Shown in pieces: positions 1 to 12,038 of a DNA stretch of 64,000 nucleotides; position 1 is the first letter of the stretch; each line of letters opens with the position of its first letter. The stretch lies in assembly GCA_973895155.1 (NCBI GenBank), contig OZ316891.1, forward strand, positions 8,247,875 through 8,311,874, in the 5' to 3' direction. Under the pieces are notes generated by a model. The model did not search any database. It was not told the origin of the DNA and was given only the letters and a program-made list of their open reading frames with translations. Origin of the DNA: Marsupella aquatica. Its lineage: Eukaryota > Plantae > Marchantiophyta. The position numbers were made by a program, and so were the translations under genes.

Positions 1-959
1 CTCGAGCGGTCCAATAGTGTTTGGTTGAGTCTCTCAGAAACACCATTTTGCTGAGGAGTATAACTTGTTGTGAGATAACGGGTAATCCCCTGCTCCTTAC
101 AATACGTTCCAAATTCCCCGAAACTGTATTCACCGTCGTTATCCGATCGAAGATATCTCACTTTTTTACCAGTCTGATTCTCAACTTTGGCTTTCCACTC
201 CTTAAAAGTGGCAAAAACATCAGACTTATTGTGTAGAAAGTATATCCACACATACCTTGAGTAATCGTTAATGAATGTGACATAGTATAACCGTCTAGAA
301 TGTGAGGGAGTAGGGGCTGGACCCCACACATCACTATGTACATACTCAAGTACCTCCTTGCTGGTGTGAGTTCCAACTCCGAAGGATTTCCCGTGCTGCG
401 TCCCTAGCACACAGTGCTCACAAAATTCCAACTTACAAGATAGCAAATTATAAAGTAAACCTTTTTTCTGAAGAATAGCCAAACCTTTTTCATTCATGTG
501 GCCCAAACGGAAGTGCCACAGCCGGGCCGTCTCCTCATGAGATAAGGTTATATTGGCTTCATCACAAACTACACTGCCCTCCAAAATGTATAGATTGCTA
601 TGTCTCTTTCCCTTCAATACAACTTTGGTACCAGTTGAAACCTGAAGGACACCATTAGCAGAACTCCATTGATGGCCATTTGCTTTTAAAGCTCCAAGTG
701 AAATGAGATTTTTCATCATGCTGGGAATATGTCTCACATTCCTCACCGTTCTTACAACACCATCAAACATCTAAAATCTAACAGATCCAAGTCCAACAAC
801 TTGACATGGGATTCCATTTCCCATCAACACTGACCCGTTGGAAACCGTGTAAGAACTGAAACAATCTCTCCTAGAGCAAATGTGAAAAGTACATGCACTC
901 TCTAGAATCCAGTCATCACTACCTGGATTTGACACTATGTTGAGAGCATAACCTTGACA
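1..959 (-). pseudogene. pol: Copia pol fragment (aspartic protease, GAG-pre-integrase, integrase core)
   Basis: Manual translation gives DDWILESACTFHIC (the WILDSG protease motif, decayed), LWHFRLGHMNEKG, and KVRYLRSDNDGEY...TPQQNGVSERLNQTLL (rve core). Stops and frameshifts are present. Confidence 0.92.
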
Positions 960-1886
960 TCACAATATGTCATCATCATCGAGTAAATCTACCTCATGCG
1001 AGCTCGATGCCGCGTTAGCAGAGGCAGTAGGGACCTTTACTCGACAATCCCTTTTCATGTGGCCAGGCTTGCCACAATTCCAACATGCAAGAGGCTTCCT
1101 CTCTTGCAATTTCCCTCTGGATTTAGATCTCCCCCGTGATGTAGATCTAAACCTGTTCTGCCCGTTCGTGCGCTGCGCTGCTCTTCCCCTGTTCACATTG
1201 AGCGTAGTGCCAAAAGAAGATGTTGTTTGTGATTGACCCAGCTTCTTCTGAGCATCATCAGACAATAAAGAGCTCACCGCCTCATTATACAAAATGGACT
1301 TCAGATCTCTGTACAAGAGCACCTATTTCAAGCCCTGATATGACGGCGGTAAGGAGCTTAGCAGAAGCAAGGCCTTATCCTCATCTTCAACTCCTTTTCC
1401 CAGGTTTGACAGATCCACCGCTAGACTGTCAAATTCATCCAGGTGATCCTGCATCTTGCTCCCTTCCTTGAGCCTGAGGCTCATCAAGAGAGACTTCTTG
1501 TACAACCGATCTGACGCATCTTCTCGGTAGTACTTCTCTCTAAGAGCCTTGAACAGTGACGCGCAATCCACATAATCATCCAGCTGCTTGATGATGTGCG
1601 GCTTAAGATATAGCATCACTGCATTGACAACAATCACCTGCTCCTGTCTCCACTGTCTCACAGATATCTCCTCCTCTCCATCATATTGCTCTCGCAAAGA
1701 AAGCAGATGAGCTAAGCCCATGGCCCGAAGAACACCCTTTACTTGCTTCTCCCAGAGCAAGTAATCAGTACGACCATCGTACTTCTCCACCTCAAACTTC
1801 ACTCCTCCAAATCTAGCCATCTCCCTCTTCTTCCCTAGTACCGACAGTTCTGGTAGTAGTACAACTTCCTCCACTGCACGCCGCAC
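960..1886 (-). pseudogene. gag: Copia gag (UBN2/Retrotran_gag_2-type N-terminus and CCHC zinc knuckle), interrupted by a TAG at 1323-1325
   Basis: Motifs KFEVEKYDGRTDYLLW, DKALLLLSSLPPSY and CWNCGKPGHMKRDC. ORFs 1323..1886 and 960..1322 are contiguous and in the same frame. Confidence 0.93.
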
Positions 1887-3731
1887 CGGTGATCATACCG
1901 GTGTTACAAGTTCTTCCTCAAACGGTAGCAGCTCCTCCTCAGACTCTCCGTCTGATCATCGCGATCCTAAAGCTCCACCGATGCCAATTCTTCCAGTATC
2001 CTCCGAGTCACTCATATGAAACAATCACGAAAAAATGTCTTTTTTTAACTTCTCATAAAACTCAAAACTCAACACCGCCGCGTAGCCCACAAAGCTAGGA
2101 GTCCAATACTGAAAGTCAAAATCAAAATCAAAATTCGACAAAAAAGTTATTCAAATTTTGGTCGGGGTGGGTAAAACCTTGGGAAACTCCCCCGTTTTAA
2201 CCACCTCGGAGAATAACCAAAATACCCAGTACAACCCGTCGTTGGAATCGCAATGTGATTGGTGCGCCGCATTGCTAACTCCAGTGGCAACGTTCTCGCC
2301 GAAAAAGAAGCAAAAAAGTTATCGTTTGGCGGATGGAATCTTTGTTGGACGGCCAAAAAATAGCTCTCTATTTTTCGGAAATATTCTCGCACAGTCCGAC
2401 AGGTCTCACAGGGGGCCGTCCCCCCTATCGGAGCGGTTAAAATGGAGGGCGGCAGGTCCCGACTCCAAGTAAAACAAGAAAAAAGGAAAAAGGTTAAAAC
2501 CGAGCCCTAAAGGGGTCCTTAGTGTCCCTTAAATCCTAAAATACAAGGTATAAAAAAAGGCGCATCCGCATCGTATAGGCGACGCAAGGCGGGCCAGGCA
2601 CCGTCGAGGGTTGAGGAGGGGAAAATACAGGGAGAAATACGCCGGCAGGGCGTGAGCCGGTAGGGAGGGCGTGGGGGTTCGCGAGGGTAGGTTATCGGCT
2701 GCCAGCGGCAGTAGGCAGCACGATGGCGGAGGCGTATACGGGCTTGCTTAGGGTCCGGGCGCGGGGCCCTACGGGCTCGCAAAGGAAGTGTGCGTCGGAG
2801 GGCCGGCCGTCGCAAGGGCGTACATGGTGGTCGCGGGGGGCGCGGGGAGGTAGTGTCGGGCAGCTGCCGGGCGGCAGCAATCGCGCCGGCTGGCATTGCG
2901 CAGGGGCCTTGTAATACGGGGTGCGGGGAGGGGGGAAAACAAATACACAGGGGGAGGAGTCGGGGCCCGAGGTACGAGGTGTGTGTATACACCTCGTATA
3001 CACACACAGGGACCAAACCCCCTTTAAATGCCAAAAATGACCCCCCCAAGCAAAAATCAGTCACACACCTTAATTGCCGTTGATTTAAACGAGAAAAGTG
3101 AATGCTGCCGTCGGGAAATATTGCCGAATTGCACCGGCACAGTCTGCAGCTCCAGCAGAGTAAATTATTTCCGCCGCGTCGCCTTCACCCTGCATCAAGT
3201 GCCAATCCCGGGCTCAAAACGACCGCCTTGCCGCAATCAAACCGTTGAGCCGTAGCACTTCGCGTTTCTTCCACCGAGTCGTACGTCACAAAGAGAAACC
3301 CGGTTCAGATGTGAACAAGCTCCATAGCTTGTGAAAAAACCTGAACGCCTCCTTCACTCGTCACGACGCACTCGGTAACAACTCGGCAGCAACTCAGCTA
3401 CCGAAACAACCAGCTCACTTCAACCTTCAACTTGAGCTATAATGTGCAATCCCTCCCGCACCGCACGGCTTACACCGTTGAAAAACGCGATCTCTGGTCT
3501 CTCCCCCGAAAAGCCCTCGAACACGAATAAAACCTGAACGACGCAAATTTCAATTTCTCCGCACCACGGATACCGATCAGCGAGTTCTAACCATTGTTAG
3601 AAAGCCCTCTCACTAACCTATCCGCACAGCCACACACATTCAAGTTTCATGCGACGAAACTCCGAATGTGCCACCGACAATGAATGCTGGAAAAAACCTA
3701 TCACGAAAAAACCTCGTCACCTCCCAGACAT

Positions 3732-3743
3732 GCTCTGATACCA
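3732..3743 (-). promoter_or_regulatory. Primer binding site complementary to the 3' end of initiator tRNA-Met
   Basis: TGGTATCAGAGC on the minus strand immediately after the LTR end. Confidence 0.93.
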
Positions 3744-3745
3744 CT

Positions 3746-4122
3746 TGTTGAGCATAGACGACATTCGTAACAGCAAGCCCATGAACCATCCAACGCACAA
3801 TAGTCGACACAGAGAGATACGTGGTTCACCTCCACATGAGGCTACGTCCACGGGAACACACAAGAGCTTTACTGCACTCTAGGCCGACCGGCCATACCAA
3901 GCATCCACAACACAAGCTCTCCCTATCTCTCAACTAGCTCCGTAACAATGAGCCTAAGTTCCACCAGGGTCTGGCATCAGACCTGGCTATATACACAACA
4001 GCACTACCGCTAACATTAGCTTAGTCCTAACACAAGTTAGACTAACTGTGGTTAGCTCATGAGTCACAAGACTAGAGCAATATCTAACAATATAAACCTG
4101 GACAACACGATATACTCCAATA
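3746..4122 (-). repeat. 5' LTR of the Copia element (outer end at 4089 or 4122)
   Basis: Ends in ...CAACA on the minus strand, 2 nt before the PBS. Homologous to 22657-23011. The outer boundary is either TGTTAG at 4089 or TATTGG at 4122. Confidence 0.85.
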
Positions 4123-4689
4123 CTACCTAGAATGGTGTGACAACATTTTTACTTCGCCTTGACATGGCTGCAACAACTATGTGGCCGTGATGACACATAA
4201 TATGCCTCAACAACTGCCTCATGAAGCCTATATTTTCTTGCCTTACCAACATCTATTTAGAAGGTCAACCAATGTTTCCCGTTGAAAGGAAAACCCCGAT
4301 ATTTCATTATAAATTTCAATTCCGCATGCTTGTCAGGGAGGCAGCATTTGCGATGTGCATTACAAGAGTAAAATGCAGTTGGGTCTTCCTAATTGCAGGG
4401 TGTTTGGTTTTGCCCTTTCCCCCACCATTTTTGCCCTGGTTTTGGACTTCTGATAAGTGCGAAGAGGGCACTACTAAATGTCATATATGTAAGTGCAAAA
4501 TACTCTATATGGGTGTACTAACACTTACAGGTAAGAGCACAACCTCCCATGTGACACTCTTATGGATAGATGACTTCCAATTTTATGTCTAGAAGAATTT
4601 TGCAGTGAAGAGATGGTGACAGGGGTTAAGATTTGCAATGCACAGTCTTTGACAACTGTACAGTGGATGCTTTAGGGAAGGCACACTAA

Positions 4690-5060
4690 GAACAAAAGGG
4701 AAAACCCCAGGGAGCCCAATGGGCTGAAAAGCCTAAAAGAGAGCCCAGCAAAAGTCCCCCACTACAACCACCAATAACAAAAGCCAAAACTCTAACTATC
4801 TACAAACTGAAGAGTTTGGTAAAGTTCCATGGTGAACTGCATAGAAGGGTCAGGCATAGAAATCTGACTACGGGCCACATATTAGAGTGTTCAGATATGT
4901 TATAATCATTCTTATGACATCTAAGAATAAACTGGAAACCATGACACGTGCAGTAGTATTAGAGCAAACAACGTGACAATCTACTAAAAGCCAAACAAAG
5001 TAAATACATGAAAAATAGGCTGCATGGGAGCGTCATTTCCCCGCAATTTCAGCACCGATT
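4690..5060 (-). mobile_element. Degenerate LINE-like 3' end (ORF2 C-terminus and 3' UTR)
   Basis: The minus strand gives decayed AYFSCIYFVWL...PDPSMQFTMELYQ, which resembles LRDPPMWFVRELYQ at 24934-25167. It is followed by a T/G-rich UTR-like tail. Confidence 0.45.
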
Positions 5061-7177
5061 CCATGCACCAATATTAGATATGGTCAATAGTCATTCACCT
5101 GACCACACTTTATAATGGTCAACATGAGGTTGACTGCCAAACGAAAGGACAACACATCATTAGGACTGTGTCGTGGCTAGAGGTATTTTCTCAAGAACCT
5201 TCGTGCCGTAGAGGATAAGGTTTTCATTTTTACTGGTACATGCATAAACCTTCTTCCATTTACAAATGTACTCCTTTATATCGTAAATTATTCCTTCGTC
5301 CAGAATCAGCCGATGCTCGCGTAGAGGTCAAGTAAAGTGCTAAACTTTCTGAAATATTTTGCATTTACTTGACCTACTCGAAATAAGTATGTGCTTCAGA
5401 TTCTGTCTCCAATGATCGGCGTTCTCAGTGGGCCTTATGAGGGAGGGGCCTCTAAAGTAAGGCTGGCTTGCAACCAAGCCTTGCTTTGGAGGCCCCCCTC
5501 CACAATACAGTTTACCTTAAGCATTAGGGGTGGATAGAAGTGGTGAAACTATTTTTTGGACCCAATTACAAGAAACTGCAATGTCTTCCTCAAAAATTAG
5601 TTTGCGGACCCCTTGGCTAATAAAATGAGGGGGAAGAGTCGATCTGAGCCGTCTCCATTTGTATCTCCGGAAATCTCGTCCGTCCATCATAATGGCCAAT
5701 CTATGGCTCAAAAGAAATATCTCAAATAGATCTATGGATGGGTTCTGTCCGTTTTGCAAATGGGTTAATATTTTTCAAATGAAAAATTAAACAAATACAA
5801 GCCTTCCTAGCCGTTGATTTTGTTGATTTTACAATCTTTGCTGTCCATTTTGTAATGCCTCTAGAAATCTTATTCATCCATGTTAGAAGGCGATCTAGGG
5901 TGCAAAAGAAAGATCTCAATGAGATCTACAACGGGGTATTTTTTGTTTTGACAATGAGTAAATAGTTTTGAGTATAAAATTTGATGAACTTTCAAGATTC
6001 CAGCCATTCCTCCTCCCCGATCCTGGGTTTCTATGTGTTCCCAGCATTAATGACCATACAATACAAGAGGTCCTTACATACCGGGAGTTGCAGTTTAACA
6101 AGAAAGTTATCAAGTTAGTTATTAGTCATTATTTATTATATGATAAATATTTTTTATAAATATTTAAATTTAAGTTTTAAAATTGAAAATGTAACTAAAA
6201 CGGTTACATAGTGACAGTTTCAATCGTCTTGCTCTTTGCATTTCCAATGTTTTTACTTTTCTTTTTATGGCACGGCGTCCCAAAATTTACACCGAAATTG
6301 ACACAAACACAAATGAAAACTATAAGTTTAATTCACAAAACCGACGAGTCTTGTTTGTTACGGTTGTTGTTGATGTGACACGCTGGGGTGCCAGGAATTT
6401 TGGAAGGGAACTCTAGTGGGGTCCGTAACAAACATGCAAAAGAAATTGATGTTGAGATGTACCCTGGGCTCACTACTTTCCTCCTTCAAGCTCCCTGGTG
6501 ATAAGCTTAATTGTGCACTAGCATGGCCCTCAGGCATTTGTGTCAAGTTCCTTACAAAACTAAAGGTGACATATCCTGAGTGACCTTGCGGCAGTAAACA
6601 CAAGTTTGACCTCCAGTTTAATCACCTTCACTTTTAGGCAGAATTGAAGATCACTTGCCAGCCATCCAGAGTTTACGGCAAACTTTAATAACAGAGAGGA
6701 ATTCTGAGAGCATTTGCACAGGTCAGCTGCATTTGGCGTGTAAGATGTGTTGGAGCGGAAACTGAAAAGCCCACCAGAGTGCACCTTCCTGAATTCAAGC
6801 CTAAGACCCATTCTGTCACTATTGAAAACTCTAAGAGTGTACGTAGATTAGATGTCTCAGAGATGACTATCATGACATACCTCCATTAGACCACAATGAT
6901 TTTTCAACACCCTAAAAATCTCACAATGTACTGTAGATTATATGTATCAGAGATAATTATCAGTGAAGTACATTCAAGTGTTAATACCCGAGTGTGAACC
7001 CCACTTTGAGTGTGTGCAAAACTCAGTTTGTTTACAGGAGGACTCAAACCCTGGACATACATCTCCTCAGACAGATGGTCTACCACAACACCCACAGCTT
7101 ATTGGATGAAAACAGAGGTCATATTCCTGGTATTTAAGCTATGCCATAAATGGCATTCTAAGGATTCATTGCCATAC

Positions 7178-7179
<2 letters not shown>

Positions 7180-7216
<37 letters not shown>
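7180..7216. repeat. (CT)n microsatellite
   Basis: About 18 uninterrupted CT units. Confidence 0.97.
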
Positions 7217-7218
<2 letters not shown>

Positions 7219-8123
7219 GGCCCCCTGAAAAACAATTAATGCTCTCTTTTTCACTTGGGACACCTACCTCCAACTTAGGGCTGTCTTGCATGTGAGGGTC
7301 CTGAAATAACCGGCCTACAAGTGATGACATGGAACCATGGGACTGACCAAGACTTTCCTGCCTCGCCCCCAACTTGAGCCAGTCCTCATGAACCAGTCCT
7401 CACGGCTAAACAAGTGCACTTTCAAAGGGCAAGGGCTGCAACATTTGCCAATTGTGTGCATATTTTCTATGTCACTTTTTGCTACAATTCAGGAGTGGTA
7501 AGGGCTGCATTTCTTAAGACTGGGACATGCAAGACAGCCCTTACTCTAATGCACTCCCCAACACTGAAAAACAACCCATGTTCTCTCTCTTTTTTGGCAG
7601 GGGACTGCAAACCAGTCTCGCTTTGCAGGGCCCTCCAAAAGGAAAGGTATTGTGCCTCAAAAAGGAAAGGAATTGTGCCTCGTGTAGCCACACCACGGTA
7701 TAAGCTCTCGAGCATCGCGCCTTGCATGGTGGAGAACACTCAGGTCGATTACACGATGCGCCTGACGAAGGTCACAAAGGGATTTCTTCCGAATGTCGTG
7801 GAGAGAGTACCCTTCACGCATATTTAACTGTGAAAAGCGAAGATGAGGTACTCAAGTAGCGCGCATTGTTAGAGAGAAGCATTCCACTTCATCGAGATAT
7901 CTGGTTCTGTCTGACGACTCTTACCTCGATTTCGTCACGAGTGAGGAGACTAATTGCTATTGTCGAACCAATTTCGCACTTTGCATTCCACTCGACGGAG
8001 TAAATTGATCGCTGTTGTCAGAATTGCATCTCATTGAAGGAAGGACGAGGTTCCAATAGAGGAGACCGATTGCTCACATCGCCGACGATAGGTTAAACAG
8101 TCAAAAACCGCACCGAATTGAAT

Positions 8124-9110
8124 ATGCCGTCTCTCGTGGGGAAACCAGTGGGCCACACTGGCTACGGCCTGATGGGCTTGACATGGCGGGAGAAGCCTCC
8201 ATCGCTAGAGCAGGCCTTCGCAGCCATGACCGCCTCTTTGAAGAAAGGCGCTAATTTCTGGAATGGTGGAGAGTTCTACGGGCCTCCGGATCGGAATTCC
8301 TGCCATGTGTTGAATGCTTACTTCAAAAAGCATCCCGAAGCGGCCGAAAAGGTGGTTTTGTGCATCAAGGGTGGTTCGGAGCGCGGCGGGTTGTTACCGG
8401 ATGGGAGTGAGGAGAATGTTCGCGCGAGCGTGGAGGAGTGTTTGAGGGTCTTGGATGGAACGAAGAAAATCGACATTTTCGAGTGCGCACGCGTGGATCC
8501 GAAAACTCCAATTGAGGTGACAGTGGGCGCTTTGAAGAAGCTGGTTGATGAGGGTAAGATCGGCGGTATCGGCCTGAGCGAAGTGAGTGCCAAGACAATT
8601 CGGAAAGCAGCTGCCGTGGCTCCGATTGCTGCGGTGGAAGGGGAGCTGTCGATCTGGTCCATCGACAACATGGAGAATGATGTTCTCAGCACTTGTGCTG
8701 AACTCGGTATTCCGTTTGTGGCGTACTCACCACTCGGTCGTGGTGTGCTGACGGGGACGGTCAAGAAGTCCGAGGATATTTCCGAAGAAGTGAAACACTA
8801 TCCCAAGTTTCAACCTGATGTTCTGGACAAGACTCTTAAGTTGGTTGAGCTGATGGAGTCGATCGCAAAGAAGAAGGGGTGCACGTTGCCGCAGCTTGCC
8901 GTCGCGTGGGTGAAGTATCTCAGCGAGAAGCCGGGGATGCCCGTCATTATTCCAATTCCCGGGGCTACTACGGAGGCTAGAGTAAACGAAAACACCAACG
9001 ATATCACACTTACGGATGAGGAGGCGAAGGATATTGACGCTCTCTTGGATGTCCATGCTGTGAGGGGAGACAGATATCCTGCTTTTATCCAACAATTCAG
9101 TGAGGGCTAG
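8124..9110 (+). CDS. plr1: Aldo-keto reductase, AKR8 / fungal pyridoxal reductase type; intronless, 328 aa
   Basis: Intact ORF from ATG 8124. Motifs GYGLMGLTW, NFWNGGEFYG, VLCIKGG, GTKKIDIFECARVDP, GLSEVSAKTI, AYSPLGRG and IPIPGAT match fungal Plr1/AKR8A as I recall it, including Ala in place of the usual AKR catalytic His (ECAR). Confidence 0.9.
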   Translation: MPSLVGKPVGHTGYGLMGLTWREKPPSLEQAFAAMTASLKKGANFWNGGEFYGPPDRNSCHVLNAYFKKHPEAAEKVVLCIKGGSERGGLLPDGSEENVRASVEECLRVLDGTKKIDIFECARVDPKTPIEVTVGALKKLVDEGKIGGIGLSEVSAKTIRKAAAVAPIAAVEGELSIWSIDNMENDVLSTCAELGIPFVAYSPLGRGVLTGTVKKSEDISEEVKHYPKFQPDVLDKTLKLVELMESIAKKKGCTLPQLAVAWVKYLSEKPGMPVIIPIPGATTEARVNENTNDITLTDEEAKDIDALLDVHAVRGDRYPAFIQQFSEG

Positions 9111-10506
9111 ATTTGTGGATTAGGCAGTGATCTTTCTGTCGGCACTGAGAAGCTTCAGAGAAGACGAATGCTGACGCAAATTATTCTCGAGATAAAGTAA
9201 GCCGGAGTTCGAAAGGAGTGCGATGGGAAAGACTTTCGAATCCATGTGGTGGAGTTCGGAGGCTTTTGACCTTACGATGGGAGCACAAATTGAACTAGGA
9301 AGGAACACCTAGAATTGACGGTGATCTCAAGGAACTGTAATCGCCAAAGCCCCGACTCCAACTTGTGAATGCAGACGTACTCAGCCTTTCAGAACGTGCC
9401 TGCAAATTGCCAACCGCACATGGTCTTTGGGAGGATATGGTTGGATGTAGTATCGTACGAAATGACTTTTTACCTCGAGAGTTCGACATTTCTAGGATAC
9501 GAGTTGGGGCTGATGTGGCGTTAATAGGCACCGGCTTTTAGCCTACAGCTCCATGACGTGAGTTCTAGTTTCTTTTTCCTAGGAAGAAACTACGTGACTG
9601 GAATGTTTTCCTGTACTGCAGGGATAGTTATAGGAGACAAAATGTGTATTTAGTCAACTCTTGCAAGACGCCCTGATGTAATTCAGGCACATCTTGTAAC
9701 TTGTACCTTCTGTAAGAAATTTCTGATGGAAGAATGTACTTCTTAATGGGGATGGGTTTGAACTCGAAGCATGTATGAGAGACGAGTTGATGGAAATCAG
9801 TCACCTTTAAGAAGTAATCGAACGGTGAGAGGTCGGAGGAAAGCATATGAGTCTTCAAGTTGATGTACGGGAGAATTATCCATAATTCAATGTGCTTTAA
9901 TATTTCAAGAGGACAAAAGCGGTTTGCGTATTTCGTGGAAATCCTTTCTGAATGCGAATATTAAGATTGTTTGGGGCAAGGTGTATGCTTGGTTTTAAGG
10001 TTCCTTTACAGGGAAGGAAGATGAATGTTGTATTCATCCTTTCCGAATCAATCTTTTGCAGAGTCTGGTCCTGAGAGTTACTGCAAGTTGACAAAGATAG
10101 ACTTCTGAAAATCTCTTGGTCAACCTGACTTTTAGGAAAAGAATATGTGGGATTGTTTGGAATGAAGGAAGAAGTCACCTCAGACGTATTGATTGCCCTT
10201 GACTAGACACATGTGTGACCACTCGATATATTGATGCAAGGATAACCTCTTCAAGCTGCTGAGTAGGAGCAGTATTTGGACCTGACTGAGCAAATTCTCT
10301 CGCGATTTGAGTTCACAATGTACAATGCTATTCGTTTTGCTAGACCCGACAAGTCAGGAGGTGGCGACAAAATTACTAACAAACCAACAAATACTTGGAG
10401 ACATGCTCTGGAAGGCAAAAGATAAAGTGGAGCTGTCGATCATTGTTAAGGGTACTTCCTATAGCTCCAAAACTTCATCGAAGGTAAACCATGCCTGGGG
10501 TTTTAG

Positions 10507-10690
10507 TGGATTTAACCTGCCAACAGAACCAAACTGATGCGTACAAGAGGTTTCGAGTGGATCTAACCTGCCAAAAGAACCAAACTGATGCGTACCAGAT
10601 GCAGTAGGGAGCTACACGAGTCATCGTTGCTACTCTAGGCCCAGAATGATGTAGGAAGCTACGCGAGTCATCGTTGCTACTTTAGGCCGT
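10507..10690. repeat. Two adjacent short tandem duplications (units of about 51 bp and 48 bp)
   Basis: gtggat(t/c)taacctgccaa.agaaccaaactgatgcgtac occurs twice, then agctac.cgagtcatcgttgctact.taggcc occurs twice. Confidence 0.85.
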
Positions 10691-12038
10691 GCCAATGATT
10701 TTGCAGAGTGGTAGGAGTTTCTCCTCTTAGCCAGCCCCTGTTCAAATTAGGTCTCTTCTAGTTACAGGCACTATTGCCCAACTGTCGTAGCCGTGCTTTA
10801 ACAAACAATAGTACTGTGCTGAAAACTTAATATCAGTGCAGAGGTGGGATAAGGTGAGCGACTATCGAAGTTGGTCCGTAATATTGACATTCCGTTGTCG
10901 TAGCAAAAGAAGGGATGACTACAACTTGGTGCAGCAGAAATGACAGGGAGCTAACACTCTGTTCATCAGATGTTGGTGAGAATGCAATCTGCTGCCTCAG
11001 AGAAAAACTAGGGTGGGCTCTACTGGAGTAAGGGGACTATTATGGACGAGACTTCGCATGTGTACTGATGTAATCTAAAGGACTCAATTAAGGAGAAAGT
11101 TTGAGAAATGGCTTTGTGTTGTAGACCACACTTGACATGTGAAATATGCTTTTGATCTAGAAACAACTTAGAACAGATCCAAAGGTTTTTTAAAGGCCCC
11201 AGTCTTGGTTTAGGGTGGGATCTCAGACCAAAAATAAGAATATCTGGGACCAGTAACCCTCCATTGATGGATATGGTGCCTGACAAGCATTTAGAAGAAC
11301 TTTTAAAGCATTTCTGGGCTTTTCTAAAGTTTTACTTTCTCTTTTGGATCTCTTGTTACCTTCCTATCGTAATTTGTGTGTTACCTGTGGTTACCGTAAA
11401 TGTTCAACAGATTAGATGCAGATAGGGGCCCTTTTGAAAAATAGGTATATTTGGATCAGCTGACGATCAGATAGCATGGCATTTTTTTAGTGTCGTGCGT
11501 TTATGGCACATTTCCAATTACAAACAAAAAACCGCAGGAACGTGACATCATGACACAACCACTCAATCCCAGCAAGGCAGGGAATTAATGTGCTTTCTAC
11601 TTTTGGACCTAGGAAGTGAAGACTTAGACTTCCCTCCACAACACGAGGCAACACTGGTAGCAGAGTATAGTAGACTCAAGACTCAGTTGTGATGAACTTA
11701 CCTAGTCATCTGCCTTAAAACACATTCAGCCCAGCCAGATTTGGCAAAGACAACCAAAACATCAAAGCATGAGATTGCTGGTCCTCTAAGGTTGTCAAAG
11801 GTATGCAGTTCCATTCACAGGCGGAAATTAAACAAAGAAATGACTGAATCTACGTATGAATGAATGTATTACAATTGAAAAAGCCACACAGCAACCCACG
11901 GAGGCAGCTACGTACCAGATGCAACTAATTGAAGACGGAAGAAAAAACGGCACATATGTGGATTTTAGGGTTAGAATTTGAAACACCCGATTGGGTCTCA
12001 GAGACAAAAAAAAATAGCGGTAATGTCAATGAGTTGAT

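Larger units (their letters stand above)
1..4122 (-). mobile_element. Ty1/Copia LTR retrotransposon, degenerate; 5' LTR, PBS, long leader, gag, protease and integrase, running off the window's left edge
   Basis: Minus-strand order is LTR, tRNA-iMet PBS, leader, gag, PR, GAG-pre-integrase, integrase. Integrase directly after protease is the Copia order. Several in-frame stops are present. Confidence 0.95.

Noticed and set aside
2519-3255. Several overlapping Pro/Arg/Gly-rich ORFs
   Set aside because: These are artefacts of the very high GC content in the Copia leader, with no recognisable domain.
8318-9095. Minus-strand ORFs within the AKR, and similar ORFs within the SDR and TGD2
   Set aside because: They are antisense or alternative-frame shadows of real coding regions.
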